41,933 bases of DNA. It comes from Lama guanicoe. Lineage: Eukaryota. The stretch covers positions 669,721 through 711,653 of the forward strand of contig MU054120.1 in NCBI GenBank assembly GCA_013239625.1. Direction: 5' to 3'. Of this stretch, positions 23,346 through 36,789 are shown in pieces (the first letter of the stretch is position 1; every line of letters begins with the position of its first letter). The position numbers were made by a program, and so were the translations under genes. Under the pieces are notes generated by a model that was given only the letters and a program-made list of their open reading frames with translations, ran no database searches and was not told the DNA's origin.

Positions 23346-25225
23346 ATTGAGGAAAAATTTAGGAAGTTATTACACCAGAAATGTAATTAAAATTGACTTT
23401 GGGAAAATATATTTTATCAGCTATTAATATAAAGTTAGCCTAAAAAGAAACAAAAGAAAAAGTAGTTATCAAGAATAGGGCAGCATTTAATATCTTTAAA
23501 AACTTAACTTTTTTAAAGCAATCATGACAACCTAGGATTGTTCATTTTCTAACACGTGTGGATATAATATATAAAAACTAGCAAAACAGAAGGGGAAGAA
23601 AATGGAGTTCTGTTGGATCAAATTTGCTGTGTTTCCTGACTTGAAAAATGCAGTACATATTGGTGCCATTTCCTGAAATAAAGAAAACTGAGGCAAAATT
23701 AGGTTGTATACAATGTCTGAATCAAGTCTGAATGAAGCACGTAAGATGCATGTGAGATATGCTAGGTTGCAATAAAGAGGCAGGAGACTTAAATTTGAGT
23801 CTTCTTAGCATGAAGATATATGATCAATAGCTGTGGGGAAAAGGTAAAAGATGATGTTACCAGTTAAAGTCACAGGGTAGAAAGAAAAGGGATCTAGGTC
23901 TAAATTACATGACAGAAGTTTTGGGGAATATTGAATACAAAAGAATGAAAATTAGAGAATTAATGAGTTAAAATGGATAAAGTTTAGCTACCTTTATTTC
24001 TATGACTTTGGATTTGAAGGGAAATGAGAAATGCGATGAAAAATATACACTGATATTTAATAAAGGAACTTTTTTCTTTTAATTTGGGACATTTTTACTT
24101 AAGTTTGAGGTATTTGAGGATAGTGGTAGTAACAGTAACAAATCCTAGTACCAGGCATTGTGCTAAGTATTTTGCTTGTATCATCTCANNNNNNNNNNNN
24201 NNNNNNNNNNNNNNNNNNNNNNNNNNNNNNNNNNNNNNNNNNNNNNNNNNNNNNNNNNNNNNNNNNNNNNNNNNNNNNNNNNNNNNNNNNNNNNNNNNNN
24301 NNNNNNNNNNNNNNNNNNNNNNNNNNNNNNNNNNNNNNNNNNNNNNNNNNNNNNNNNNNNNNNNNNNNNNNNNNNNNNNNNNNNNNNNNNNNNNNNNNNN
24401 NNNNNNNNNNNNNNNNNNNNNNNNNNNNNNNNNNNNNNNNNNNNNNNNNNNNNNNNNNNNNNNNNNNNNNNNNNNNNNNNNNNNNNNNNNNNNNNNNNNN
24501 NNNNNNNNNNNNNNNTAATGTGAAATATATGTATGTATATGCATGACTGGGACATTGTGCTGTACATTCAGAAATTGATACATTGTGACTGACCGTACTT
24601 CAATCAAATAAATAAATAAATAAATAAATAAATAAAATAAAAAGAAAGAGGGACAAAATACATTTCAAGAATCAAGGAGATTTCTGAATCATTTATGTAG
24701 GAAAACATTTAAATGGGCCAATTGGTTGTGTGAAGTTAATACCAAAATCCTAATCAGAAATAGAGAGGTAATGAGACAAAGAGGAACTAAATGTTCCATA
24801 TAAAGATGGGATTGCAGCCCTGAGTGTATCACTCAAACTAGAGGTATCTCTGAAAGAAGGGAAAACCTGTTTTTCTCTTCTAATTGAATCCTGGAAGAGG
24901 CTGAATACCTGATTTGGGGGTGGTGAAAATAGTCTCTGGGGTTGACCTGGGACAAGGGAAGGGAAAATGGAGGGTTGAATTCTTTCAACATTTTAAGCAG
25001 TCTGGAGAGAGATTGGCAAGAAGTCAAGCAAGGAAGAGTAAGAGCTTTCAGACATGCTGTTTCCAAATAGTTTAAAGAAGTTATTTATGAAAATAAAAAT
25101 TGACCTAAGGGTCACCTTAACAATGATTGGCTGAGTTATAGAAGGACATCCAGAATGGATTTTTAGACCATATGAGCTCTTCCTTAGAGTTCTTAAAAGT
25201 AAAACAAAATAAATCAGAGAGAGAG
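23346..25225 (+). repeat. Tandem segmental duplication, copy 2 (contains gap)
   Basis: Near-identical to 21260-23344. The same 77 aa ORF is listed at 22952 and 24833. Confidence 0.97.
24189..24515. other. Assembly gap (327 N)
   Basis: Run of N. Confidence 1.
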
Positions 25226-26309
25226 GGGAAGGAAGGACAAAAAAAATCCTTTGGATGGAAAGCCCAGTAGAAGAATGGAACTGCTGCAGTGTTGCTGGAT
25301 AAGACCTTGAGCTTTCATGTTAGAGGAATGGATTGCATTGTGAAAGATGGAGAACTTGAGGATATTTATGTTTCAGTTTGGGATCTTCTCTATAGTGATT
25401 TTGAACTCTAGTGTACCATATAAGTATATGTTGGGCTAATCTCTATGTTTAATATTGAGGAGAGAATACATTTCAGTCTCACCATAATTGTCAGTTTTGT
25501 GTAAATATGAGCCATGGGATTAAAAACAGGCCTTGATCAGGCATTGCTGGCTATTGGGTTACCACCAGTGAAATAACGAGGTCAGTGATTAAAATCATCC
25601 CAGGATTACCATTCTAGGTGGTTGCAGTTTGCGAGTGGCACTTTAGGAATTAATAGCCAAAGATCATAGCAATATGCTCTAATAATATGCACCAGAAATA
25701 CTAATTTCTGACTTTTTTAATTAGAAGAAACTTATGACCTCTATAGGAATTTCAGATTGTATTGTAATATTCTAAGCATATCCGTGTTGATTTTCTGTAA
25801 ATTAATTCTTAATCAGATTTTCCTTTACTTCTAATGCAGCCTTTTCACTTTTCTCTGGAAATTCTCATATATGATTAAATTGTACAAATTGTAAAGAGAG
25901 GCTGATTATACTTCAGTCTGCACAGAGTACTTTTATGTTTATAAAGCATTATCTTGTAAATAGTATAAAATTAATCTTATACCTTATAAAGTCTTTATTA
26001 GCTGAGTCAATTTATGTTCAAAAATGAAAAACAAAGTATTTCACTATAAAGAAACTAGGAAATGTCAAGATTGCCAATAGATAATGAAAGAAATTTTAAG
26101 TAATTTTCTATAAGTAAAACTTTACAAATCCTAGTAAGCAGCATATTACACTTACCAGGAAGTGGAAACTTTTCATGTTCTCTTTCTCAAGGTTTTTAAT
26201 TGTTTTAGGAAATCCTTTTTCTAGTTAATTTGTGATTATGTCCATGTGGATTTTTCTCTGTAAATTATTTAGGTTTTGTTTCTTTCTTTCTTTGTTTTTA
26301 ATTTCCTAC

Positions 26310-26788
26310 TGCAGTAGGCAACTTCTTAATAGCTCCCAGTTACTGCCACCTCCTGGTGTTCAAACTATAGTACAATTTCCTAGCCTTGACTGTGTGTTTA
26401 ACCTAATTCTTGTTTCTGACAAATACACTACAGAAAAAGTGATAGGATATCACTTCCAAGATTGGGTTGTAAAAGACCATAACATCCATCTTAGTCACAT
26501 TCTCTCTCTCTTGCTTTTGTTACTCATTCAGTCTGATGAAGCAGATTGCCATATTGTGAGATATGGCAGTCAAATGGGGAAGCAAATCTTCCTTCAATCT
26601 AATCCGGGAAAAACTCCATGCCCCTGGTGCAAACCTTGGCTGCAACCCTGTGAGATACCCTGAACCAGAGGACCCAGCTAAGCCTGGTCTAGATTTCTGA
26701 CTCACATGATTGAATGATAAATGCTGTTGTTCTAAGCTGCTAAGTTTTGGGGTTAACTTTTATTAGGCAGTAGTATATAATTAATGAA
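26310..26788 (+). mobile_element. MaLR solo LTR (MLT1E/F/G-like)
   Basis: 'ccacctcctggtgttca', 'gtgataggatatcacttccaagatt', 'ccctgaaccagaggacccagctaagcc' and 'tgttgttctaagctgctaagttttgggg' are present. Confidence 0.85.
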
Positions 26789-27457
26789 CTCATCTTATGC
26801 TTTATTCTGTTATATCTTGGATAATTTTAAATTAAGCTTTTTTTAACCAGTGAAAATTTTCATATAATCAATTAATATTGCCATTTATCAACCAAAATGG
26901 TAACTATCTGAAATGGAAAAGTGAAAGACAAAAACAGAATTATTTCTCCTATTTATTTGGTTTATTAACATTATCCTTGAACTCCATTTCTGTGGATTCT
27001 AGATATGAGCTGACTAGAATGCAAATATCATTAGATTTATCTGCTTAAAAGATTCTCAATGGATCAAATCAAAACCAAAAAAAATTATCAGAAGTTATGA
27101 GATATTTTGAATCTTCTTGTGATTTTGAAATGGAGTGAAAATTATGTTGGCTTGTAACTGAACACATGTTATGTATATTGGTTAGATAGAAGTCATACTG
27201 GTGAATGGTCCCAGTGAATTAATGGGATCAACTAAAAGACAGTTTTTCTACCAGATGTAATATTCTGTTACTTGCATATAAAATAGTTTTCCTCTACAAA
27301 ATGAGTATCTTGGTGATCTTGGTATTACCTTTCAGAATTATTCATCTGAAATCTAAGGAGAAACAAGAAAATTGAATGGGAGAGAACAGATAGGGGAGGG
27401 AACGTAGAGTAGTAGAAGAATTAAGTAAGGAATAGTAAATATAGTCGTGTGTGTGTG

Positions 27458-28545
27458 TTTTACTTAAATTTTTGATGGAACTACGAAATATACACATACA
27501 AGTGCAAAAATCATAAGTGCACAACTCAATTTTTCACCAAGTTAACACACCTTATATAGCACAGCATTCAAATAAAAAAAACATTACTTGCACTCTAGAG
27601 ACTAATTTAAACTCTTCTAGTCACTACATTTCTAAAAGGTTAACACCTCTAAGATGGTACATACATTATTCTTGCCTAATTTAAAATTGTATGTAATGAG
27701 AATATACATTAAATACCCTTGAGTCTAGCTTTTCCTTAATCTATGCTTATGAGATCCATTTACGTTGATTGTGTAGCTGTAGTTTGTTCATTCTCATTAT
27801 GGTACCAGATTGCATTGACTAAACCATAATTTATATATCCATTTTACAGTTAATAGACGTTGGGTTGTTTCTAGTTTGGGACACTTATGAACAGTGCTGG
27901 AATCAGCATTTTTGTTAAGTGTCTTTTGGTACACGTTTATATACAGTTTTCTTGGTTGTAGACTTAGAAGTAGAACTGCTGAGTCAACAGCATGAGAATG
28001 TTCTGTTTTGGTAGAAAATGCCAAAAGGTTTTTCAAGTGGTTAGTCAGTTTATACTCACAGTATACAAAAGCTTCAATTGTTCCACATACTAAATGACGT
28101 ATATTATTATCAATCTTTTGAATTTTCATCATGGGGGTAGGGGACATATGTAATGGTAATATAATATTGTGCATTTTTCAGATGAAAAACGTTGTTGAAT
28201 ACTTTTCATAGTTATTGGCTTATTTGATATCCACATTTATAAAGCACCTTTTTAAATTCTTTTACTCATTTTTATGTTTCTGTTTTAATACGTTTCTTGA
28301 AATTTATTATATGTTTTGAGTATGAGTTATTTTCTGATTTTGGTATTGCCCTTTCTTTAAATGTTTGAAATAATTAAACAGTGACAACTTTAAGCTTGGA
28401 ATTTCCGATTTAAAAATAAATATTCAATAAAAACATTCCTTTGGAAGATAAAGGAATATTCAGATTTTGCACATCTTCTTTTATCTTTTTTGGAGAGTTG
28501 AGATTTCAAGAGATACAGTCATTTCATCTAAATTATAAATTTTTA
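27458..28545 (-). mobile_element. Old L1 (L1MC/MD-like) 3'UTR and ORF2 fragments
   Basis: The 3' terminus reads 'acatacaagtgcaaaaatcataagtgcacaactcaat'. The ORF at 27797-28174(-) contains out-of-frame L1 C-terminal text (PKLETTQRLLTVKWIYKLW). Confidence 0.8.
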
Positions 28546-29102
28546 ACTTGAGAGAAGTACTTCTAAGTATAGAAAAAACACGGACACTATCACAAGGCCT
28601 CAGTTTATATTTAAGGGTATCAGTGAAATTAAATAGGAGAACAATAAATAAAATATGACCAAACTTACCCTAATGAGTAATAAGAGAGGAACATGTTTAA
28701 AGAAATGTTTGTAGCTACAAAGCAAACATTCTATGTGTGTTCAAATTTGTAGAGCTCTAGCTTAGCTACACAGGACTGGTCAAGAGCATCATATAAAAAC
28801 TCTAAAAAAAAAAAATAAAAGCCAGCTATCTTCCAACTATCCTTCTTGGAACACCCTGCAGAGGTACTCAAATGAGAATCATAATTGACTGCAAAATCAC
28901 TACATGAATTTCAGAGCATCTGGTTTCCTGAATTCTGAAGGTTCATTTTTGAGCCATTCTTCCTTATCTCTGCCAGTGGAGCCAAGATATAACAGGATGT
29001 CTTCCCTGTCAAAAATTTAAAGAATCCTCTCTTTATGTCTAAGTTTCAGAGTGATTTTAGAAATGTGAATACTGGAGCATAAGAAAGAACAACAAACTAC
29101 AC

Positions 29103-29200
29103 TGTGATACTATAAGAAATACACATTTGATTTTTTTGTCCCCAGTTTTTGACACAGAGCTTCTAAAACCCTTGAATTCTCTGGAATGATAAGTGTGTCA
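29103..29200 (+). mobile_element. MER21-like LTR 5' fragment
   Basis: 'tgtgatactataagaaatacacatttg...gtccccagtttttgacacagagcttctaaaacccttgaattc' resembles the MER21 LTR start. Confidence 0.7.
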
Positions 29201-31344
29201 TTTGATTTTCCAGGCATAGAGAGGGGTAAGGAAAAATATGGGACCTTCAGAGATAATTGTACACTTAGTGAACACTCAACTCTCAGTACTGAAGAATTAA
29301 ATTATTTTTAAGGGGACACTGGTACATAGATATGAAACTTCAGTGTTTTGCCCCAGTGCAGTGATCCATAGAAGGAATTTGATGACATTACTACCATATT
29401 ACTTAAAGAATAAGTCATAGTCCCTGGTAAGAGGATCATAAAACACACTTGATATTCCTATTTTTAAAAAAGTTTTAATTATGTGAAATTTGGCTAGCTT
29501 TTGATCATTGGCTACACAAAATTAATGGCTGTTTATTTATTCGTTGCCGTTTTTCAATTGGCAACTATATACTTCCAAAATTATATATTTATTAATTTGC
29601 TTAGCAATGGAAAAGTATGAAAGGAAGAAAAAAAAGACAGTGCCAGATTTAAAGAATTAAAGGACCTAACAACTTAAATCACAATCCACACACAGGTAAT
29701 TGTACATAAAATTAAATTAATATAACCTATTTTTGTGGATATAAATATTAACCTTCAATTAATTCACAACAGAAAAAACAGTCAGTCTGTGATGTCTATT
29801 TATCTGTCTAGCTAGCTGCTATCCAGAGAATGACCAGAATATATTAACAGCACAGTTAGGAGTTTTTTTAAATGCATAGACATACAGATAATACTAACTA
29901 TGCACCACTGTCAGTTTCTATTTCGGATATGACCACAACTTAGACTGTTTCATGACTCACACAAGTACAAATAAAAGAATGCTAGAAAATGCTCACAAAA
30001 TATTCTTCCATGCTACACACATAAAACAGATTCAACAAATTATATCTCACTTTTATATTTAATCCCTAAAGAACCTAGAAGTGATCATTACATGGCAGGT
30101 GGCCAATACACCTACTTGCTGAAGTTTCATTTAATCGGTTGACCACAATTTGATTGAAATATAATTTGTAACTGCAACAGATTGTCCTTCTTCCCCTTTT
30201 GAGACTGAATATAACTAGTTATCTCTTGGATATGAGAGAAGGATAGAATCTCATATGCATCTGTTCCAATTAAGTGTGGAGAAAATTTGTTAAATGATTC
30301 ATGATTGAAGCCAAACAAAGCTTTGAGTAAGAATTCATTTGATTGCTTTTCTTGAGAAATATAATATGATATTTATATTAAAAACTTATTCATAATTTGA
30401 ATGTTAGGCGTTAATGTTCCTTCCAATACTGAGAACATTTAGAGAGATTTATAAATGACAAATGCAGGGATTCATGTTAAGGAAAAAGTTAAAATACTAG
30501 TACAAGTGTTCTACTCCTTGCTTTTTATGACTCAGCATGGGTTACAAACCTGCTTTCATTTTTGATCTCTAATGACAATCCAATGCTAGTAAAAGCCAAG
30601 AAATTTACTTCCATGGTAAATAGATTTAGTAGCTGTGGGCTCATGAATTGATGAGTACTTTTTCTAATCTCTTTACTGTAATGTGTAAATCATAAGAGTT
30701 TCTCAGAAGTTAAATATGAACTGAATTCATTACAGTGTAAATTCATTGTACAATGTAAATTCATCTGAATTTAGACATTAAATACAATTAGATTTACTAC
30801 ATGAAATTAGTTACCTCATACTTTTCTTCTTGATGTTTTAAATTCATTTTTATAATCTATTTTATTCATGATTTTTTACTACTTTGCTCATACTAAATTT
30901 AATTTTTTTAATGTTTTATTTGTTTTTAGATAATGTAATTTATTTCTTTTTCTTTGACATTTTATAACCAACTTTTGGTTTATAATGACAAAATTGGGCT
31001 AAATTTGATACAGGGATATATATGTGTATATCACTGAAATGTTAAAATTTAGGATATAATCCATCAAATACATTTGGAACAAGATTTGCATATGTCTGAT
31101 TTACATGAGGGATAGTGATTATTTGAATTTGATTCAAGGATATGAAGGTAGTGGCCTTATTCTGTGTGAATTAGTAATTTTTTAACTGTATCATTATAGT
31201 AACCATTTACATATGCTTTAGGAGGCCACTACATTATCAATGAATATGCTACTACTTTCTGTAGTTGTTTTACAGGCTAATTTTTGGATTAACATTAGCA
31301 TTTTGAGAATCATTGTGTTAAATTCCAAAAAATAAATAATATGA

Positions 31345-31530
31345 TACTTATTATATATCCTATACATATATGATAGATAACATGAAGAAAGTATAATAAC
31401 TGTGAGATACTTGGAATGTCATTTTACATATATCTGCACACATATACATACATACCTTTATATACATATATGCATATAAATAATATACATTTATATATTA
31501 TATAACATACAAATGTATATTATATTTTAA
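31345..31530. repeat. AT-rich (TA/TACA) low-complexity tract
   Basis: Degenerate dinucleotide repeats are read directly. Confidence 0.8.
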
Positions 31531-31739
31531 AAGCATACTGTGTATGCCATAAATTTAAAGAGGGAAGTGTATATGAACCATCTTGTCTGTATTCAATCTG
31601 AAGTTTACTGGCTTAACATAGGACAATTCTGATTGTCTACTTGAATTTAATTATTTGTACTTGAGAATTCAAGTTTGCCCTTAAGTTGCTGGCCCCTGTT
31701 TGTGGAGATGATTTAAATCTTTGGAAATGTCAAGTTCCT

Positions 31740-32250
31740 TGCTCTTCTGGCTCATCTAGGTGAAGATACTGAGTAGCTTATTGGAAACATGAGTTGTGGA
31801 GCTCAATAGAAATAGAGATACTTGTTGTGCATGTAGTTGTATGTGGTGGCGGTGCATGTGCTTGAAACATTATAATTTAATATGGAACCACACTGAGTAA
31901 ATTAGTAGGGTGAAAAGTAGAAAAATAATGATAGAATCTATAGAATCACTAATGTTGAAAAGATGGTTGATAGAATTTGAGAAGCAATATTCAAAGAGTA
32001 ATAGAACTAAGAGAGAACTTCATTATATTATCCATGACACATGAGAATTCAAAATGGAGGAAAATTTAAGTATTGTCAAATTCCTCCTTGAGGTCAAAAA
32101 TATATGGTCCGAGAAGGGGTCATAAGATTTAGTAATTGGAAGATAATTAGTGATTTTAGTCACCTCTGAATAAATTGGAAACCAGATTTTGGTTGATAGT
32201 AGAATGAAAGGAATTTGAAGAACTTGATAGTAAATTTAATCTATTACTCT
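31740..32250 (-). mobile_element. L2 LINE fragment
   Basis: 'ggaaacatgagttgtggagctca' and 'tgtcaaattcctccttgaggtcaa...gatttagtaattggaagataattagtgattt...aaccagatt' follow the antisense L2 ORF2 pattern. Confidence 0.7.
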
Positions 32251-32289
32251 ATTATTTTTACTTGTTCTGCATTCTGTCACAATTCTATA

Positions 32290-32515
32290 GTAGTAGTCAG
32301 CTATAAATAACTTAATATCTCTGCACTATACATTATGTGAAGCTCTTTTAATGTGTTGTCTTTTGCCTCCTTCGCAAATACACTGAATTAGGTACTATAG
32401 ACTTTATTTTCTCTATATGAAAAATAAGAATTTACAATGAGGAATGAGGAAGATAGGATATTAATTCATGTACATAGTCCAACGCCAGGGTCTTTACCTG
32501 TTAATGCTAAACTCA
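32290..32515 (-). mobile_element. Degenerate MIR fragment
   Basis: 'cactatacattatgtgaagctcttt...taggtactat...atatgaaaaataag...attaattcatgtacatagtccaacgccaggg' resembles a decayed MIR. Confidence 0.45.
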
Positions 32516-34715
32516 GCCTTCCCCAGTATTCTGAATCTCCTCCACTGGGCTAATTTACCAGAATTCTGAGTTGTAAAAAGTACTGACTTCACCATGTTAT
32601 TATTTTTTTTAATGAAGATAACTCCTTATTGTATATGTTTCTAACAAGTCATTATCAGTGGCTTCCCTAGTTAATGATACTTACAAATCCACTGACTAGG
32701 AAGGGCTCCAAGAGTAATTTAGAAAATACTCAGCTTTCTTCAGCCACTCCACTCCCATTAAAATATGAAAATATTTGACTTTATATTGTTCTGTGTTATT
32801 GCCAGCCCTCAGATTATCCATTATCTGCCTAGAACCTTCTTGTCTGTGCTTTCCCTTCTCTCTCATAATGTTCTTTATTACTTATGTTCTTAGTTCTGAC
32901 AGTGGAGCATTTTGAATATAACTCATTATTTCAAGTTCCCAAACTCCTTAAATACGATGCACTGCCTTGAGATATTTTGATAATCATCTATCATTACAGT
33001 TTTTAAAGCAGAAAGATCTGTTGAGGCTATCATTCTGATCCAACGATTGGTCTCTCTTCACTATATATTCTAATCGGAACTAAGAGAAGGCATGTGGATG
33101 CTTGTCAGTGACCTTTCTTGTACTTGTCTTCAATTATCCTGATGCTTTTGTTCATTTTTCTCCACACAGAGATACTGAGATTGTTTACCAGCTTACAGAA
33201 GCAAAATCAAATAATGTGTTTGCTAATGTTGTTCAGCCTGCTAAACAAGCCACATACCAACTGCTTTACCAAGACTGAAAAAGAAAAATAAAATTAAAGT
33301 GCACATAGACATATTTCTTAAATAATTATTTTATCATATTTTAAATTATTATTTTACATCTTACTGGGCTATTAATGCATAGAAGTAAGAGCAACGTGAG
33401 ACATAATGAATGATGTACAGTTGGACCTCCCACTGAGATGATCGTTTCCTGAAGTGGTCTCTACATATCATAAGGAAATGATTGACCTTGGACCCTAGAG
33501 CTTCAAAAACAGAAAGACAACCTTGATGAGCTTTATGAGCTCAAGTTCAAAGCTTAACCAATTGTAAACCAATTTGCCTTCTCAGTTCTAATCAGCTCTC
33601 CAACTTCTCACCCATAAAATCAGAACCAGCTGACACCTTCCCACAAGACCACATGACCATACACACAGTTGCGGTAGTCACACGATAAATATATCAAGCA
33701 TTCCTAAGACAGTGGGACATCTTAGTGGTGAAAGCCTATACTTTTTTACCAAAAGAATTGTAGGAATTAGGGGAAAAAGTGAATTCTAATGGATATCTAG
33801 AGAAAGAGAGAGAGGAGATACTACTACATATCATTGATGACTTTAAGAGCTTGGTGACAGCAGCCTGTCAGCTTGTTCAGAATTGCAAATCCAAGGAAAT
33901 GAAAATACCCAGGTAGTTCTAGAGTGCCAGTGGAATATGTACATCCCAGAATTTGTATCTAAAGAAACACAACCCTTCAAAAGGTTTGCTTCGTGCAGGA
34001 TCACAAGAAAGAGAATGACAGTGAATGAGAAACAGGCAAGAACTAAGTATGGAAGGTGCAGGAAATGAACATCAGTGTATTTATAGACCCCTGATAGGCC
34101 CCAATAATGTCATTCATGGAATTTTTGTGTGTTTTGGCAGGAGGGCTTTATAAGGAAGCATTGATTTTTAACTAACATACGTATAGAAATATGTCTGATG
34201 GACAAAAAGATCTGCACAAAAGAAAAAAGCAAAAACAAAACAAACCATCCATCCCAAATCCTCAGGATTACTTTCAAGCTCTCTCAAAGAGCTATACAGC
34301 TTACGGAAAAGATTGTGTTTGTAATTGATCATGTCAGAGTGATGGTTTTGATGGTTTTGCTGTGAAAACGTCTGTGTCCTTGTTTGATGACCTTGAATTA
34401 GTGGAATTTTTAGAGTTTTTAGTTGTTTCTCACATCCTCTTTTCTTGTATATAGTACTGCCATTATATAAATTTGTATATAAATATGAATATATTATTTA
34501 TGTAAACATATAGATGGATTCCATTTGTCGTCCCAGAACAGATGTTAATTTGATATTTTAAAAGCAAGTAATAAGGGCCCATTGTTTACATGGTGATTTT
34601 CTCAATTGAGAAACAAAAGCCTATGAAAAAAATTACATAAGCTGTTTACTTACCTAGTATACTACATTCTAGTGGTAAGATACTTATGAGTACAGAAATG
34701 TATATACATATAAAT

Positions 34716-35183
34716 ATACCAGTCCAGACCCAGGCAACAAAAAGATGGGCCACTCAAACTTATAACTGAGAAGAGTTTGACAATAATAAAACATAACAAA
34801 AGCTATTCACAAAGGACTTAGAGAAAAGAAGATACAGTATCTCAAGGCTAGTGACAACAGAAAGCTATTGACATCACTAAGCCTGAAATTATAAAGGGAA
34901 GAAGCAGACTCTGAACCCAGAGACATAGCTGGTTGTGTAGGGCAGCCTGCACACAGAGCTGTTGATTACACTGAAAGGTAAAACCTGTGCACAGAAACTC
35001 GGTGGAAGGGATCTGGGTAACAAATGCTGTAATGTTATTTTCTCTTCGTCTTCTTAACTTCTGTTAATGCCTTTAGCAGGGGAATTGAATTGGAAGACAG
35101 AGAGCAAGAAAGCTATCCAGGACACAGATCAGGGCCGAGAAGTGTGGAAGTGGGTATGGGGAGAAAAGAAAGGTATCCAGTAC
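34716..35183 (-). mobile_element. LTR33-like (ERVL) solo LTR
   Basis: 'cactcaaact...tgagaagagttt', 'ctattcacaaagg' and 'aattggaagacagagagcaag...caggacacagatcaggg..gagaagtgtgga...tatccagtaca' are present. Confidence 0.7.
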
Positions 35184-35487
35184 ATTGGTAGAATGCATTT
35201 TCAATGAAGGTTTACTCTTACATACATCATACAAGTGAGATTATATTAAAAAGCCTGAGAAGAACCTCCTCTAAACCATTGATATGCTTACTTCTTAGAA
35301 ATGAAATTGGGTCGGGGGAAAAAAGACTTTATCTTTGAGGCAAGGGAGGACTGAAGCAGGGGTCTAAAGGTAATTTTTAACTTCTTTTTGATATTTTCTG
35401 TCTTTACCAAATCCCTCTTACAAATAAGCATTACGTTTGAGGTTAAGTTGATATTTAATAAAATGTTAAAATTGTGCCTGAATTGAT

Positions 35488-35694
35488 TTGTTTCAATTTA
35501 AGTATAGTCAGCTTACAACGTGTCAGTTTCTGGTGTACAGCATAATAGTTCAGTCATACATATACATACATATATTCATTTTCCTATTCTTTTTCATTAT
35601 AGGTTACTACAAGATACTGAATCTAGTTCCCTGTGCTATACAGCATAAACTTGTTGTTTACCTATTTTACATATAGTAGTTAGTATCTGCAAAT
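35488..35694 (-). mobile_element. Short 5'-truncated young L1 3' end
   Basis: 'aagtatagtcagcttacaacgtgtcagtttctggtgtacagcat...ttcagtcatacatatacat...gttccctgtgctatacag'. It belongs to the same family group as the 15345 and 22630 ends. Confidence 0.88.
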
Positions 35695-35939
35695 TTATGT
35701 TTTATAAATTCAGTTTAGTCCCAACATAGAAGAATAAATTATCACTACATTTATCATTTGACAAATTCAATTTTTTTTAACCAGGGCTTTTAAAAACCAA
35801 TCATACGTAAATAATTCACAGCACACATCGTATTCATAGATCAAAAAATTGTAACAGAAAAGAAGAGGAAGTCACATTAAGTTCTTCCTATAAGCTAATA
35901 AATTTGTTAAATGCTGTTATATAAATTTTCTTAATGTAT

Positions 35940-36030
35940 AAATCAATCCTTGAAGGTAGGTATTTAATTTTTCATTTCATATAGATGAAAAACTTAAGCT
36001 TAGAAATTTGAAAAATATTGCTAACATAGG
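35940..36030 (-). mobile_element. MIR core fragment
   Basis: 'caatccttgaaggtaggtatt...catttcatatagatgaaaaacttaagcttagaa'. Confidence 0.6.
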
Positions 36031-36590
36031 AAAGGAAATAATTAGAATTCCATGGTTAAATTCTATTTAACATGTATTTTTTGAAACTTACTATTTATCA
36101 AGTACAGATCTAAACAGGGAATAATAATTCCAGAAAGAAATAAGACCATGTGCAATGATTTTCATCCATTGTGTGCATTTTTACTTTTAATAAGCAAAAT
36201 ATTTGAAATAAAAAATTACAAAAGAGAGTAAAAATACCAAAACATTATCATTGATGTGATAGGGATAGATTTTTCGAAAAACAACATTTTTGTAAAATCA
36301 TGTCAGTCAGTTGGATGATTGGCAATTATTTTGGAAGGGAAATGAAAGAACTGTATTTGGAGTTTATAGGATATAGATACTAATAAGTATATGAAAAAGG
36401 GTATTTTGAAAAAATTATAAAACTTCTGTGGAGACTTCCTATAGATCATTGTATTAAAAACAAAAAAATGATCTTGAAGAATCCATACTGTTTTAATATT
36501 CATAATATTTTTTAATTTTTGTTTTATTTGTGTGATTCATAGACAACAGAATTGAATGCATTTTATAGAAAATTATTTGCAAAAATTATT

Positions 36591-36700
36591 ATTTTTCTTT
36601 TTTTCTTTAGTTTTTTAAATGGAGGTATGTACTGGGGTTTGAACCCAGGACCTCATGTATACTAGGCTTGTGCATTACCACTGAGCTATACTCTCCACTC
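36591..36700 (-). mobile_element. tRNA-derived SINE, camelid Vic-1-like
   Basis: The sense strand reads gagagtaTAGCTCAGTGGtaatgcacaagcctagtatacatgaggtcctgGGTTCAAACCCcagtac..ctcca plus an A-tail, with Pol III A and B boxes. The degenerate TSD is tgcaaaaattatt / tgcagcaattctt. Confidence 0.9.
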
Positions 36701-36789
36701 TGCAGCAATTCTTGAGATCAGAGAATCATTAGAGTATTTAAGGATGAATTTTAGGAAGACCTTAAGTGGTTTAAAACGGTATAGAAATC

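Noticed and set aside
24084..24607. Five long ORFs in the ORF track
   Set aside because: They are artefacts of translating the N gap.
22952..25066. Identical 77 aa ORF twice (METACLKAL...)
   Set aside because: It has a non-ATG start and no recognisable domain. It is repeated only because of the duplication.
26232..26663. 143 aa ORF
   Set aside because: It lies mostly inside an MLT1 LTR and has a non-ATG start.
28708..28721. 14 bp palindrome tttgtagctacaaa
   Set aside because: It is short and isolated, which is plausible by chance in 42 kb of AT-rich DNA.
36620..36700. Possible tRNA gene
   Set aside because: The A-tail, TSD and lack of an intact cloverleaf indicate a SINE.
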